Shown piece by piece: positions 35,499-45,041 of a stretch of DNA of 64,000 bases. Each line of letters starts with the position of its first letter. The stretch's first letter is position 1. The position numbers and the translations under genes are program-made. The notes under the pieces are model-generated. The model was not told the origin of the DNA and did not search any database. It worked only from the letters and a program-made list of their open reading frames with translations. The DNA is from a virus (taxonomy: Duplodnaviria; Caudoviricetes): positions 96,001 through 160,000 of IMG/VR virus record IMGVR_UViG_3300020576_005257; one strand, given 5' to 3'.

Positions 35499-37520
35499 TT
35501 ATTTCAATTTCCCCATACCAATAATCCTTCCTTGAAAAGTAACTGGTGTTTGTGTGTAGGCAGTTTTGTACGAAAAAGTCAATCCTTCTAATAAAATTCT
35601 ACCAGCCATTACATTGGCTCTTGGTTTAGGTAGAACTGGTTCAACCATAAATAATCCTGACTTACCAGAACTTAAATAAGGAGATGAAGAATCAGTCGCG
35701 GTTAAAACAGTAGACCAAGTAACAGTATTAAAAGAATATTGTTCTAAGGTTAATATTGCTGTGCTCCCGCTAACTACTACAGTAAACCTAAAATTCTTGG
35801 CATCAGTTAAATCAGCTAAACTGGGAATTACAACTGCATAAGAACTTAATGCTTGAATTTGAGTATTCCCACCAGGCCAAGGAAAAGTTTGATAACCATT
35901 CGCAGAACTATAATTTGGAAATGCCACGGGTGTCGCGCTATTCCAATTAGTAAACTTAACCAACCAAGCTGTAGGATTTAATCCATTATCTGGTCCTCTG
36001 GTGAACATTACACCATAACCATTTAAATTAGCACCACTGCCAGAAGCTGCTAAGAAGATTCCTGTTCTAGTAAAATCCCAGGCATCCAAAAGAGGCCGAT
36101 TACTAAGAGCACCTTGATAAAGACCAAAATCTACTGCGTCAAATTTTGAGTTGACCCTATCAGTAAACTTAACACCTTTACCTAAACCAGATGTAACATT
36201 TTCATCAAGTGTTTGGGCTTGTACAAATCTTTTTTTAACCAATTGTCCAGAAGAATTATAGGCATCTTCTGCTTTAACTTTAAATCCCTGTGCCCCAGAA
36301 GGATCGGAACTATTACCGTTGTTATAGGTAACTGTTAATCCAGGAATATTTGGAGACCCCTCCATGTTGTCTGGTCGCACAATTAATTCAGAATATAATC
36401 CATACTCAGATACTGCGCCATCTTGTGGAACATAGATTCCACCATAACCATTAACCATATTTCCAGAAAGCAACGCAAGATTATTTGGAGAAGAGACTCG
36501 AAACGTTAATCTGTGGTTCTGTATATTAGTTGTATTACTAATTGCAAAACCACCAACAGTCAATTTTAATGGTAGCGTACTTCCACTACTATTGGTTGTC
36601 CAACAATGTCCCTCAGCAAATTCATAGTTGATAGATTTACCTGCTGGAATAGCTGGGAAATTGGATCTAACAATATTACTTAATCCATTTACGTTAACTG
36701 TAGAAACGTTGTTAACCCTGATTTCATCAAAAGTCAAATCATCGCTAAAATTAGTAACCGTCCCAGAAACATAAATACTTGTTAAAAGAAGGCTTTCACC
36801 AGCTAAACCACCAAAAACTTGAACAGTATCAGGGTCGTCTACTTGATCTACAACACTGCGTTGTAAGTTATATAAAGCATCTCCCAAAGCATTAATATCA
36901 GCACTTTTAATAATAGATCTATCATCTACCCCATTTACTTTTTCTGGATAGATAGTCTCGATTTGAGAAGATAGGGGATCTTTGGGTACAGGTGCTCTGG
37001 AACCCGTCAGCGTTGTCTGTAGGGCATAATGGACAGTGATTACGACGTTAGAGACAGTGATGCCTCTAGTGGCTCCAGTCTTTCTTATAGAAATTCCAAA
37101 TTGATCTAAACCATATACGAATTGAAACCTAGTCCAAAAAGCTTTGCCCCATTCGTCGGTAGAGCCACCAAATGTAACAGTGGTGGACCCTAATCCATCT
37201 AGACTTTGGGTTTTTTCAACTCCTGTATTAGCGGGATTAATAAAATTGGTTATTTGCCCAATATTAACTAATAAGTAATCCGTAGAGGAAAAAGTTGCCC
37301 CTCCAGAAGGAGCTATGCTCATAGAAACAGTAATACCCTGAATATCCGCATCTAATGGAATACCAGCCGATAATCCACGCAAATAAAGTACCTTATCCCC
37401 AGTAGACCCTACCCCTGCTGCCAAATAAGCATTCCCACCGCTAGTAGGGTTATTAGTAATAGTCCAAGAAGTACCAGGAGTCTTGTCAGCTATTTGAGAA
37501 ATTAAAACAGTACTTGCCAT
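35499..37520 (-). CDS. putative tail fibre / receptor-binding protein
   Basis: IPLDADIQGITV..FGGSTDEWG module, SADINALGDALYNLQ motif, WSTVLTATDSSSPYLSSGKSG. Confidence 0.6.
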   Translation of the reverse strand: MASTVLISQIADKTPGTSWTITNNPTSGGNAYLAAGVGSTGDKVLYLRGLSAGIPLDADIQGITVSMSIAPSGGATFSSTDYLLVNIGQITNFINPANTGVEKTQSLDGLGSTTVTFGGSTDEWGKAFWTRFQFVYGLDQFGISIRKTGATRGITVSNVVITVHYALQTTLTGSRAPVPKDPLSSQIETIYPEKVNGVDDRSIIKSADINALGDALYNLQRSVVDQVDDPDTVQVFGGLAGESLLLTSIYVSGTVTNFSDDLTFDEIRVNNVSTVNVNGLSNIVRSNFPAIPAGKSINYEFAEGHCWTTNSSGSTLPLKLTVGGFAISNTTNIQNHRLTFRVSSPNNLALLSGNMVNGYGGIYVPQDGAVSEYGLYSELIVRPDNMEGSPNIPGLTVTYNNGNSSDPSGAQGFKVKAEDAYNSSGQLVKKRFVQAQTLDENVTSGLGKGVKFTDRVNSKFDAVDFGLYQGALSNRPLLDAWDFTRTGIFLAASGSGANLNGYGVMFTRGPDNGLNPTAWLVKFTNWNSATPVAFPNYSSANGYQTFPWPGGNTQIQALSSYAVVIPSLADLTDAKNFRFTVVVSGSTAILTLEQYSFNTVTWSTVLTATDSSSPYLSSGKSGLFMVEPVLPKPRANVMAGRILLEGLTFSYKTAYTQTPVTFQGRIIGMGKLK

Positions 37521-37522
37521 GA

Positions 37523-38245
37523 TTATTCAATTGCCATAAGGGAAACTTTTAAAATAGGAGTTTTATTTGAAACAAACTTCCAGAGCTCTACGCCCCTTCC
37601 TTGTTCTGCGGCTGTTGCATTAATTCTGTTATCTATAATTGCACCCCGTATTAGCAGAGTATCAGTGCCAACCACTGCCGAACAAACTGTTGAAAGATGG
37701 GTAGGAAATCCTACAGTGGTATCAAAGTTATAATCAGTGTTTCCAACTATTTGTGCTGAAACTAAAACCTTTGCACTAATGGGTGATACTGTCCCAAAAC
37801 CAGCATTTAGTTCAGTAGAACTCGCTTTTTGAAGCAAGAAATCATATTCTGTCCTATTCGTTTGAGCCTCATAGATATCAGTAGAAAACGTTATTACAAA
37901 TTCAAATGGCAAAACATTACCAGGAATTTTTGCTTGTGTGCTAGTTGAAGCATCGTATGCATCATATTTCACTACATCCTGTAAAGATACAGAAAAAGAA
38001 TATGGCATACTAATTTTCTGTAAAGACCTATCACTTGCAGCAGTAGTTCCATCTGTTAATCTTAAATAACCTTCTACAATAAAGTTGCGAATCTTATTAT
38101 AATGCTCAGCAAAGAATTTCTCATCTTCATTGACCACAGACGTTTCATTATTAGATAAAGAAGGAAAATCTACATCTTTTCTTTGGGGCCAAAAAATAGT
38201 GTCGTTGTATGGCATTATAAAACCTCCTCGAATACAAGCTCCCAC
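37523..38245 (-). CDS. putative virion protein (fibre adaptor)
   Basis: AEHYNKIRNFIV motif related to the two fibre genes; start probably ATG 38215 (MPYND). Confidence 0.55.
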   Translation of the reverse strand: MGACIRGGFIMPYNDTIFWPQRKDVDFPSLSNNETSVVNEDEKFFAEHYNKIRNFIVEGYLRLTDGTTAASDRSLQKISMPYSFSVSLQDVVKYDAYDASTSTQAKIPGNVLPFEFVITFSTDIYEAQTNRTEYDFLLQKASSTELNAGFGTVSPISAKVLVSAQIVGNTDYNFDTTVGFPTHLSTVCSAVVGTDTLLIRGAIIDNRINATAAEQGRGVELWKFVSNKTPILKVSLMAIE

Positions 38246-39780
38246 GATATACCAGGTGGAATTCTTTGTCTTACAATTTCTGATATTTCTTGTTCAGTAC
38301 AATTACCACCATTTTCTACTAGATTTGAAGGGTCAACGGTAATTCTCACTACACCACCCTCTTGGATAGCTTGTCCATCCCAGTTTCCAAGATCATAATA
38401 ACCCTTCAAAGTCTCAATAGCGTCAGGCTCACTTCTTAACAAGGTAAAATCAAAATCTTCTGGAATACCTCCTCCTCTAACTCTAATATCAGCTGTTTTG
38501 ATAATGCTAGCATTTAAAGGAGCTTTCAAGATAGCTCTTCCTAGGGGCAACATACAAGGAATACTTCTGGAAAATATATCTCTTTTTGGGACACTGGATT
38601 CATCATAATAATTTCTACCCAATAAAGCAAAACCATAAGTATTGGGTGGACCATCAGATAATCTAGGAATAATCTCTTCTAATTGAACACCCACAGCATG
38701 CCTAATAAAATGAGATTCTCCGTAGGAGAATGCGCTATAAAAATTAATAGTCAATAAAGGCAATCCACTATCATCAGTGGGAGCTGAAACTGTAAAAGTC
38801 GCTACTGCTGAGGGTATGGCATAGATAGTAGTTTGTTCAATTAAACAATCAGAAGTGGGTCTTAATGTATCATAAGTAGCATCACCTGTATAGTGACCAT
38901 ATTCAGGATTAGCATCAAAAGAAAAGAACGCATTCTTGTTTTTATTTCTATAACCTAAATATATATATTCTTCTGAGAAGGTGTAGTACTCTAAAACAAT
39001 ATCATCATCAGGGTCTACTGATCCTTTTACTTCTATCGTATTTAAGTTTTGATTAAGACTCTTTAAATAATCTAAATTATCAGAATTATATTTGACAGTC
39101 CCATTAATAGTTATACTTAACAACTTAGCTATTGCTTTATTGTAGGTAATGGTATTAGGCCCAGTTGCAGTAGCTTTTTCTTTAACTAAATTGTAAGCAG
39201 CAGTATTGCCAGGGAAATCTTGATTAGTAATCGTGTGACGTGGAAAATATGTGGACTCAGGTACTGAATAGATTAAAAGACACTGCTTACCTATACCAGC
39301 CTCCCCAGCTAACTCTGGGATGCTCCTATACCACACATCAGATTCTTCGTATTCTGGGAGAGTGTAGCTTCTAAACACTACGCCTGGGGTTACACCAATT
39401 CCCCAAGATCCCGATTCGGTTTCTTTAATGCCAGTTAGTTTAATTTGAGTGTTATGGGCTGTTAAAACAAAACTAGTATTTTTTAGTTTGATTTGTCGTA
39501 AAGCATCACTCAAAGTCCAGCTTCCTAAACCACTAGTAGTATTTAAAAGAGTAGTGCCATCATATACAACTTGAACTTTAATTTTATCTGAAGCGAAAGC
39601 ATTTGATAAAGTATATTCTCTTAAACCACTAACGTTTTCTTTTGCAAATTTATAGGTATCTAAAAGAGACACACTATAATCAGGTTGCATCGGTGGGGAG
39701 CTAATGAAGGCAATACCAACTGCATCTTTAGTATTAGTTGGAGCGGCACCAAATCTTAAATATGTTTTATTGCTGTTCAT
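38215..39780 (-). CDS. putative baseplate structural protein
   Basis: DIRVRGGGIP..GYYDLGNWDG..GGVVRITV..IPPGI C-terminus; position in the structural module. Confidence 0.65.
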   Translation of the reverse strand: MNSNKTYLRFGAAPTNTKDAVGIAFISSPPMQPDYSVSLLDTYKFAKENVSGLREYTLSNAFASDKIKVQVVYDGTTLLNTTSGLGSWTLSDALRQIKLKNTSFVLTAHNTQIKLTGIKETESGSWGIGVTPGVVFRSYTLPEYEESDVWYRSIPELAGEAGIGKQCLLIYSVPESTYFPRHTITNQDFPGNTAAYNLVKEKATATGPNTITYNKAIAKLLSITINGTVKYNSDNLDYLKSLNQNLNTIEVKGSVDPDDDIVLEYYTFSEEYIYLGYRNKNKNAFFSFDANPEYGHYTGDATYDTLRPTSDCLIEQTTIYAIPSAVATFTVSAPTDDSGLPLLTINFYSAFSYGESHFIRHAVGVQLEEIIPRLSDGPPNTYGFALLGRNYYDESSVPKRDIFSRSIPCMLPLGRAILKAPLNASIIKTADIRVRGGGIPEDFDFTLLRSEPDAIETLKGYYDLGNWDGQAIQEGGVVRITVDPSNLVENGGNCTEQEISEIVRQRIPPGISWELVFEEVL

Positions 39781-41465
39781 ACTTCCTCCAACATAGTAAC
39801 AATAGGAGATTGTCCCCCATCACATGTGGCAAATAGTTCATCTGAGCTGTTTATTACAACACCTAATTCTTCGTTAATTCCAACGATTCTAAAAGGATTT
39901 TCCAAATCATTAAGTATTCTGCTTTGAGCTTGGCTTAATGTAATAGCTTCTACATTAGAAGTATTGGTATATTGAAATGTTGATGCTCCTTTAGAAACAA
40001 TACTAATTCCAGTTGTACTGTTGTGAGGAATGCCATCTAAATAATGTGGCGAGGCATGTAGTTTGGAATAGCCTTTAGTAGTTTTTAAATTAGATTGTGA
40101 TAACCCCACTACTCCTCCTAAGTATTTAGTGCTGTTTAAAGCTCCGCTTACTGGAAGATTCAACACGGTTCCTGTTGCTAATAAGTTGTTAACAGTTAAC
40201 GCTGACAGATTGATATTACCAGATACCCCAGAACCAATAGCTTGGATTAACCAATGAATTTCTCCCCTGTTGTCTGTATTTGTAACAAATGTAGAAGATG
40301 TTGTAGTAGTTGGAGTTGGTAATACAAACACCGCTCCGCTACCAGCTGGCAAGTTATGGGTTAAGGTCACTTGGGTTTGTGGAACAGGTAGACCATCTTT
40401 ATCATAAACAAAGACAGAAGCCTTAATCATATCTCCCCAACTACCAACTACAATCTTTTTATCGACTGTTAATTTTAAATTATTTGGAGTCCCAGAAGAC
40501 GCTACGTTAGAGTGATATAAAAATCCCGTTCTAAAAGCATCTGAATAAATAGGATTAAATTGTAAAGCTGCCCCAGAAACTGGTGAGGTTTGTAGTGCTA
40601 TGCTTGGGTATTCAGGGATGGATCCCTCACTACTAACTCTTAAAGAAGCTCCAGAACTACTGGAAGTATAGGCTAAAATAGTTTGATGATTATATAAACA
40701 GAAACTTCTATCTATAAAGTATTCAAGTACAACCCAATCACCAACATCTGTATCTAAACTATGAGAAATAACATTATCAGCTGAAGTACCAATATATTGC
40801 TGTGACGATCCCCTAATTACCCATAAGTTTTTTAGGTTTTTATAGCTGGCTGTAACAACACCACCGCCCTCTTCAACCACAACCTCTCTCATTTTAAGTT
40901 GTGGTGCGAAAAGACCATAATCAATATATCTTTCTGGTGGGTTTTCTCTAGAATAAACAAACAATCTGTTTATGTTTTCATCTAGGTAATAAGATTTCAC
41001 ATCACCAACTTCCCCACTACTAGCTTGTAGATATAAAGGAATATTGGTAGTATCGCGGACACCAATAATTGATCTACCACTAGTTGGAGTTGTGTAATAG
41101 ACATTGGTTGTTCCAAGTCTAGTCCAACTAGCTGATGTTGCTGGGAGATAACAATTATGATGTTCTAGGTAACGTAAGTTCTGATTAATATCGTCTACAA
41201 TTACTGGTCCCCAGGCTGGTCTAAAAGAGACTTCTGCTGAAATAGAACCAGAAACACTTCCTAAAGTAGCAAAAGTTTCTGTTAAACTTATATACTGGTA
41301 TTTTTCTAACCCATCTTCATCGTAAAAATAACCAGGTTTCATGTAGGCGATCCAACGACCACCCTCACCCACACCAATTATCATCTTCAGATCATCCAGA
41401 TCACCCACACCTGCTACGGGGTAGCCTGTGTTAGATCTCCAATCTGCGTAATATGTATTGCTCAT
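39777..41465 (-). CDS. putative virion structural protein with Ig-like domain
   Basis: PGYFY; VYDKDGLPVPQTQVTL..TDNRGEI (Big_1-like). Confidence 0.65.
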   Translation of the reverse strand: MSNTYYADWRSNTGYPVAGVGDLDDLKMIIGVGEGGRWIAYMKPGYFYDEDGLEKYQYISLTETFATLGSVSGSISAEVSFRPAWGPVIVDDINQNLRYLEHHNCYLPATSASWTRLGTTNVYYTTPTSGRSIIGVRDTTNIPLYLQASSGEVGDVKSYYLDENINRLFVYSRENPPERYIDYGLFAPQLKMREVVVEEGGGVVTASYKNLKNLWVIRGSSQQYIGTSADNVISHSLDTDVGDWVVLEYFIDRSFCLYNHQTILAYTSSSSGASLRVSSEGSIPEYPSIALQTSPVSGAALQFNPIYSDAFRTGFLYHSNVASSGTPNNLKLTVDKKIVVGSWGDMIKASVFVYDKDGLPVPQTQVTLTHNLPAGSGAVFVLPTPTTTTSSTFVTNTDNRGEIHWLIQAIGSGVSGNINLSALTVNNLLATGTVLNLPVSGALNSTKYLGGVVGLSQSNLKTTKGYSKLHASPHYLDGIPHNSTTGISIVSKGASTFQYTNTSNVEAITLSQAQSRILNDLENPFRIVGINEELGVVINSSDELFATCDGGQSPIVTMLEEV

Positions 41466-41467
41466 GA

Positions 41468-42802
41468 TTAATCAAAAATGACGGTACTGCTAGTTTTAAT
41501 TGTAGTTTTATCCCAAAAGAAGTTCTCAATCTTTTTAGTAGTGTTGTCTATTTTAACAGAAGTACCAATTACCCCATAAAAAATATCAGGCTGAACGTCA
41601 CTTCCAGTTAAAGTTAAACCAGAAGCTGTGGTAGTTACACTGTAACTTTTATAGGTATAAAAAGCTTTAAGACTATTAAGAGAGAAACTATTTAGAAAAT
41701 CGTTGGAAGGAATGATTAAGCTGCCAGACACCTCATACATATAAGGCGGTACCATATCTAAGTTAGATACAAGTCTTACAGGACCATCAGGTGGATGTTT
41801 TAATACAAAATTATCTCCATCTTTAAACAATACTTCGGAAGTTCTTATATATTTAGGCGTACCTAAAAAGTTAGGGGCCGACCATCCTGTAGCAGGAATG
41901 TTTAAAGCTTGATAAGAAGACCAAACAAAAGGAATACTTCTTCCTAAAATGGAACTTATTTGTTGACTAGGATTCTGGGAGAAAGCTAATGATTGACACC
42001 TTTTCCTATAAGACAAATTGTCCTCATTGGTAAATCTAGTAATACCAAGCCACTCTCCCTGTATGTCCAACACATTTTTCAAATCAGTTTGATGTAGTGC
42101 TACTTGATCCAATCCTATTGACAAAGGAGTACCAGTAATCAAAGCAGAAAAATAGTTTTCACAACTATATCTAATCTTGTACTGCCCAGGAAACTTCACA
42201 TTGATAACATTATTCTGTACTAACCTATGTTCTGGACTAATAAGAATAATCTCTCCAAAAGAGTTAGCTACTACAATTGGCGTATCAATAACAGGCGGAT
42301 TGGTACTGAAAAGACTAGTTAAATCCAATCCACCAGAACTATTCGCTGTAATAGTTGATTCGTGTAAATCTATATTACGGCAAATAATACAATTAGAACC
42401 ATCAACTGTAAATACAGGCTCATGGAAAATACTAACTAATTCACCAATGTCTTTTACTTTTTTTACTTCACCACTTATATGAGAAGCACCTAAAGAAGAA
42501 ACAGATAGGTTTAAAAGATCTTCATCCCGTTTCGCAAAATTAGCTATGTAAGCATTCCGTGCCCACCAAACTTCTTGATGGAATTTGGGGTTAGTTTCAA
42601 TGCTTTGAATATCTTTAAACGGAAGACCTAACGAAGCATGATAAAATATAGTTAAATTAGATGGAGACTCTTCGTTTGGATTGCTAACGAACTTAGAGTC
42701 GTAGGCAGGTTTCATCCATCTGGGTAGCCAAACAGAAGGCGTATTTAAGAATCTATACGCCTCCTGGAATTGGCTAGACACATTTTCTGTAAAACCAGAC
42801 AT
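41468..42802 (-). CDS. putative baseplate wedge protein, paralogue of 45041..46468
   Basis: WLPRW; NVLDIQGEWLGITRFTNEDNLSYRKR (LD..G...G..R...E.D..YR wedge motif). Confidence 0.65.
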   Translation of the reverse strand: MSGFTENVSSQFQEAYRFLNTPSVWLPRWMKPAYDSKFVSNPNEESPSNLTIFYHASLGLPFKDIQSIETNPKFHQEVWWARNAYIANFAKRDEDLLNLSVSSLGASHISGEVKKVKDIGELVSIFHEPVFTVDGSNCIICRNIDLHESTITANSSGGLDLTSLFSTNPPVIDTPIVVANSFGEIILISPEHRLVQNNVINVKFPGQYKIRYSCENYFSALITGTPLSIGLDQVALHQTDLKNVLDIQGEWLGITRFTNEDNLSYRKRCQSLAFSQNPSQQISSILGRSIPFVWSSYQALNIPATGWSAPNFLGTPKYIRTSEVLFKDGDNFVLKHPPDGPVRLVSNLDMVPPYMYEVSGSLIIPSNDFLNSFSLNSLKAFYTYKSYSVTTTASGLTLTGSDVQPDIFYGVIGTSVKIDNTTKKIENFFWDKTTIKTSSTVIFD

Positions 42803-42823
42803 GTCAGGGTAACCCTATCATAG

Positions 42824-42831
42824 AAATAGAG
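42824..42831 (-). promoter_or_regulatory. CTCTATTT putative late-promoter motif
   Basis: in the gap after groEL; identical copies at 47627-47634 and 3696-3703. Confidence 0.4.
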
Positions 42832-42834
42832 TCT

Positions 42835-44517
42835 TTAACTCTTAGCTACTGGATCCTTTACTTCAAAAATAATTGCCTCAGTAGTAAGAATAGTCCCAGC
42901 TACACTAGCAGCATTAGTAATAACTTGCTTAGTAACCTGTGCAGGGTCAATAATACCAGCCTCAAACATATCTACATACTCACCAGTTCTAGCATTAAAC
43001 CCATAAGCAGATCTGGTCTTCTTATTAAAAGATTCAGTTCTATTTGGTCTACCTCTCTTACCAGTGATAATCTTAGGATCTGAAATCATTTCTAAAACAT
43101 GCCCACCATTGTATCCTGCATTTTCAGCAATAATAATTGCTGGATAGGTCAAAGCTTTAAGGAACAAATCATATCCGACTTGAGTGTCTTCGTCTGCAAA
43201 GACTCTCTTCTTTTGTTTGAGAATGCTTTGTATTCTAAGCAGAGCAACACCACCCCCAGCCACAATTCCTCCAGCCAACGCAGCTTTAGTAGCAGAGATA
43301 GAGTCTTCATATCTGTACTTCTTTTCATCCAATTCTGGACCAGTAGCAGCACCAATATTAATTACAGCAATACCGCTAGTAAGTTTTGCTATACGAATCT
43401 CATAAAATTCCTTCTTGAAAGGAAAATCTTCAACTTCATCTTTTCGACTTAATAGAAGTTCAACATAAGCATCCTTCTCTTCCTGGGTAGCAGTACCAAA
43501 AATGGTTGTAGTATCTTGTGTAATGACTACCTTCTCAGCAGTACCTAAATGTTTAATTAAATCAACATTCTCAATTTTTGTACCAAGTTCCTTAGTGATA
43601 ACAGTAGCATTGGTAAGAGCAGCAATATCTCTCATCCAATCTAAGGCCCTAGCACCATGTCCTGGTGTTTTCACACTCATCCATAGAAAGCCCTTTTCAA
43701 CCTTATTAAGAGCCAAAGTTCCTAAAGCTTCTCCATCCACATCACCAACAATTAAGAGTTTTTGTGATGCACCAAATGTTTTAACAAACTTTTCAAGGAA
43801 ACCATGAATATCTCTGGCAGCTCTGATGCTGTCTTCAAAAATCAAAACCTTAACATTATCCTTCATGACAGCTTCCATTTTATCAAGATCAGTCATAAAG
43901 TAAGGACTTTGAAGCCCCTGGTCAAAACACATACCTTCTGCGATATCCACAGTGGTTTCATTACTTGAACCAGGCTGGAAAGCTACTACTCCATTCTTAC
44001 CTACCTTCGTAAATGCATCTGCCACAGTCTTCCCAACCTCTTCATCATTTCCAGACACAGTAGCAATACTCAGAAGATCTTCGTAAGACGTAAGCTCAAT
44101 AGGAGAAGTAATAAGATCCAAGGCCTCTACTGCATCTCTAGCAGCTTTTTCGATTCCTTCTTTTAATCTCACACCATTTCTTTGAAGTCCAACTTGCTTC
44201 AAGCCTTCTATAATAATAGCCTGTGCAAGCACGGTGCTGGAACTGGTGCCGTCTCCTGCACGATCATTAGTGGTACTAGCTGCTTGTTTAAGAAGCTGAG
44301 CCCCTAATGCTTCAGCTGGGTCCTCTAAGAAAATGCTTCTGGCAACAGTAACTCCGTCTTTAGTAACTCTAGGTGGAACCCACTCATTACCTTGACTAAT
44401 AACTACATTTCTTCCACCAGGTCCTAAAGTGGTTCGCACAGCATTTGCGATTTTGTTTACACCACTTAGAATGGCTTCTCTGGCTTGTTCAGAATAAAGG
44501 GTCACGTTCTTTTTCAT
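42835..44517 (-). CDS. groEL: group I chaperonin GroEL
   Basis: TLGPGGRNVVI, TKDGVTVA, AGDGTSSSTVLA, GGGVAL, GIIDP; no GGM tail. Confidence 0.97.
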   Translation of the reverse strand: MKKNVTLYSEQAREAILSGVNKIANAVRTTLGPGGRNVVISQGNEWVPPRVTKDGVTVARSIFLEDPAEALGAQLLKQAASTTNDRAGDGTSSSTVLAQAIIIEGLKQVGLQRNGVRLKEGIEKAARDAVEALDLITSPIELTSYEDLLSIATVSGNDEEVGKTVADAFTKVGKNGVVAFQPGSSNETTVDIAEGMCFDQGLQSPYFMTDLDKMEAVMKDNVKVLIFEDSIRAARDIHGFLEKFVKTFGASQKLLIVGDVDGEALGTLALNKVEKGFLWMSVKTPGHGARALDWMRDIAALTNATVITKELGTKIENVDLIKHLGTAEKVVITQDTTTIFGTATQEEKDAYVELLLSRKDEVEDFPFKKEFYEIRIAKLTSGIAVINIGAATGPELDEKKYRYEDSISATKAALAGGIVAGGGVALLRIQSILKQKKRVFADEDTQVGYDLFLKALTYPAIIIAENAGYNGGHVLEMISDPKIITGKRGRPNRTESFNKKTRSAYGFNARTGEYVDMFEAGIIDPAQVTKQVITNAASVAGTILTTEAIIFEVKDPVAKS

Positions 44518-44522
44518 AAGTC

Positions 44523-45032
44523 TTAGTTTTTATTTTGTCTGTCAATAGCAATACCCACAGCTAACGCATCAGAAATAGCGTGTAGCTTATATTTGGGAAA
44601 GCCTTTAGTTGTACTGGAAAAATTAGTGTAGTGGTTTTTAACTACTTCTAATACATCTTCTTTCTCGGCATCATTATTACCTGTTAGTAATAATTTAACC
44701 TTTCTTGGTGAAATAATGGAGAACTCAACATTTTTTGAGGTGAGTAAACCAATCATCAATCCTTGAATTAAAGCTAAAGCTTTTACAGCAGAAGCACTTT
44801 TAGATCCAACAGGAATCTCATATCTACATTCTGTGATTTGATATTTATCAATAATCTCAAGTAATTCTCTTGCAATAAGACCAACTCTACGAGTTGTATC
44901 ATCTTGCTTCAAAGTTTTTTTGTCTTTACTAGTTTCAGTTTTAATGCACCCTGATTCTAGGATTACGGCATCTTCAACAACACCCCATCCAAATTCTCTG
45001 AGACTTGGGTCACATAATAACACACGCATCAA
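44523..45032 (-). CDS. ruvC: RuvC-like Holliday junction resolvase
   Basis: DPSLREFGWGVV, YE, PRKVKLLLTGNNDAEKEDV, SDALAV. Confidence 0.88.
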   Translation of the reverse strand: MMRVLLCDPSLREFGWGVVEDAVILESGCIKTETSKDKKTLKQDDTTRRVGLIARELLEIIDKYQITECRYEIPVGSKSASAVKALALIQGLMIGLLTSKNVEFSIISPRKVKLLLTGNNDAEKEDVLEVVKNHYTNFSSTTKGFPKYKLHAISDALAVGIAIDRQNKN

Positions 45033-45035
45033 TGG

Positions 45036-45041
45036 TAGTGT
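45036..45041 (-). promoter_or_regulatory. ACACTA putative promoter motif
   Basis: 6 nt upstream of ruvC ATG 45029; no SD. Confidence 0.5.

Noticed and set aside
33333-38245. Diversity-generating retroelement or invertible fibre cassette
   Set aside because: No reverse transcriptase, invertase or near-identical nucleotide repeat pair noticed
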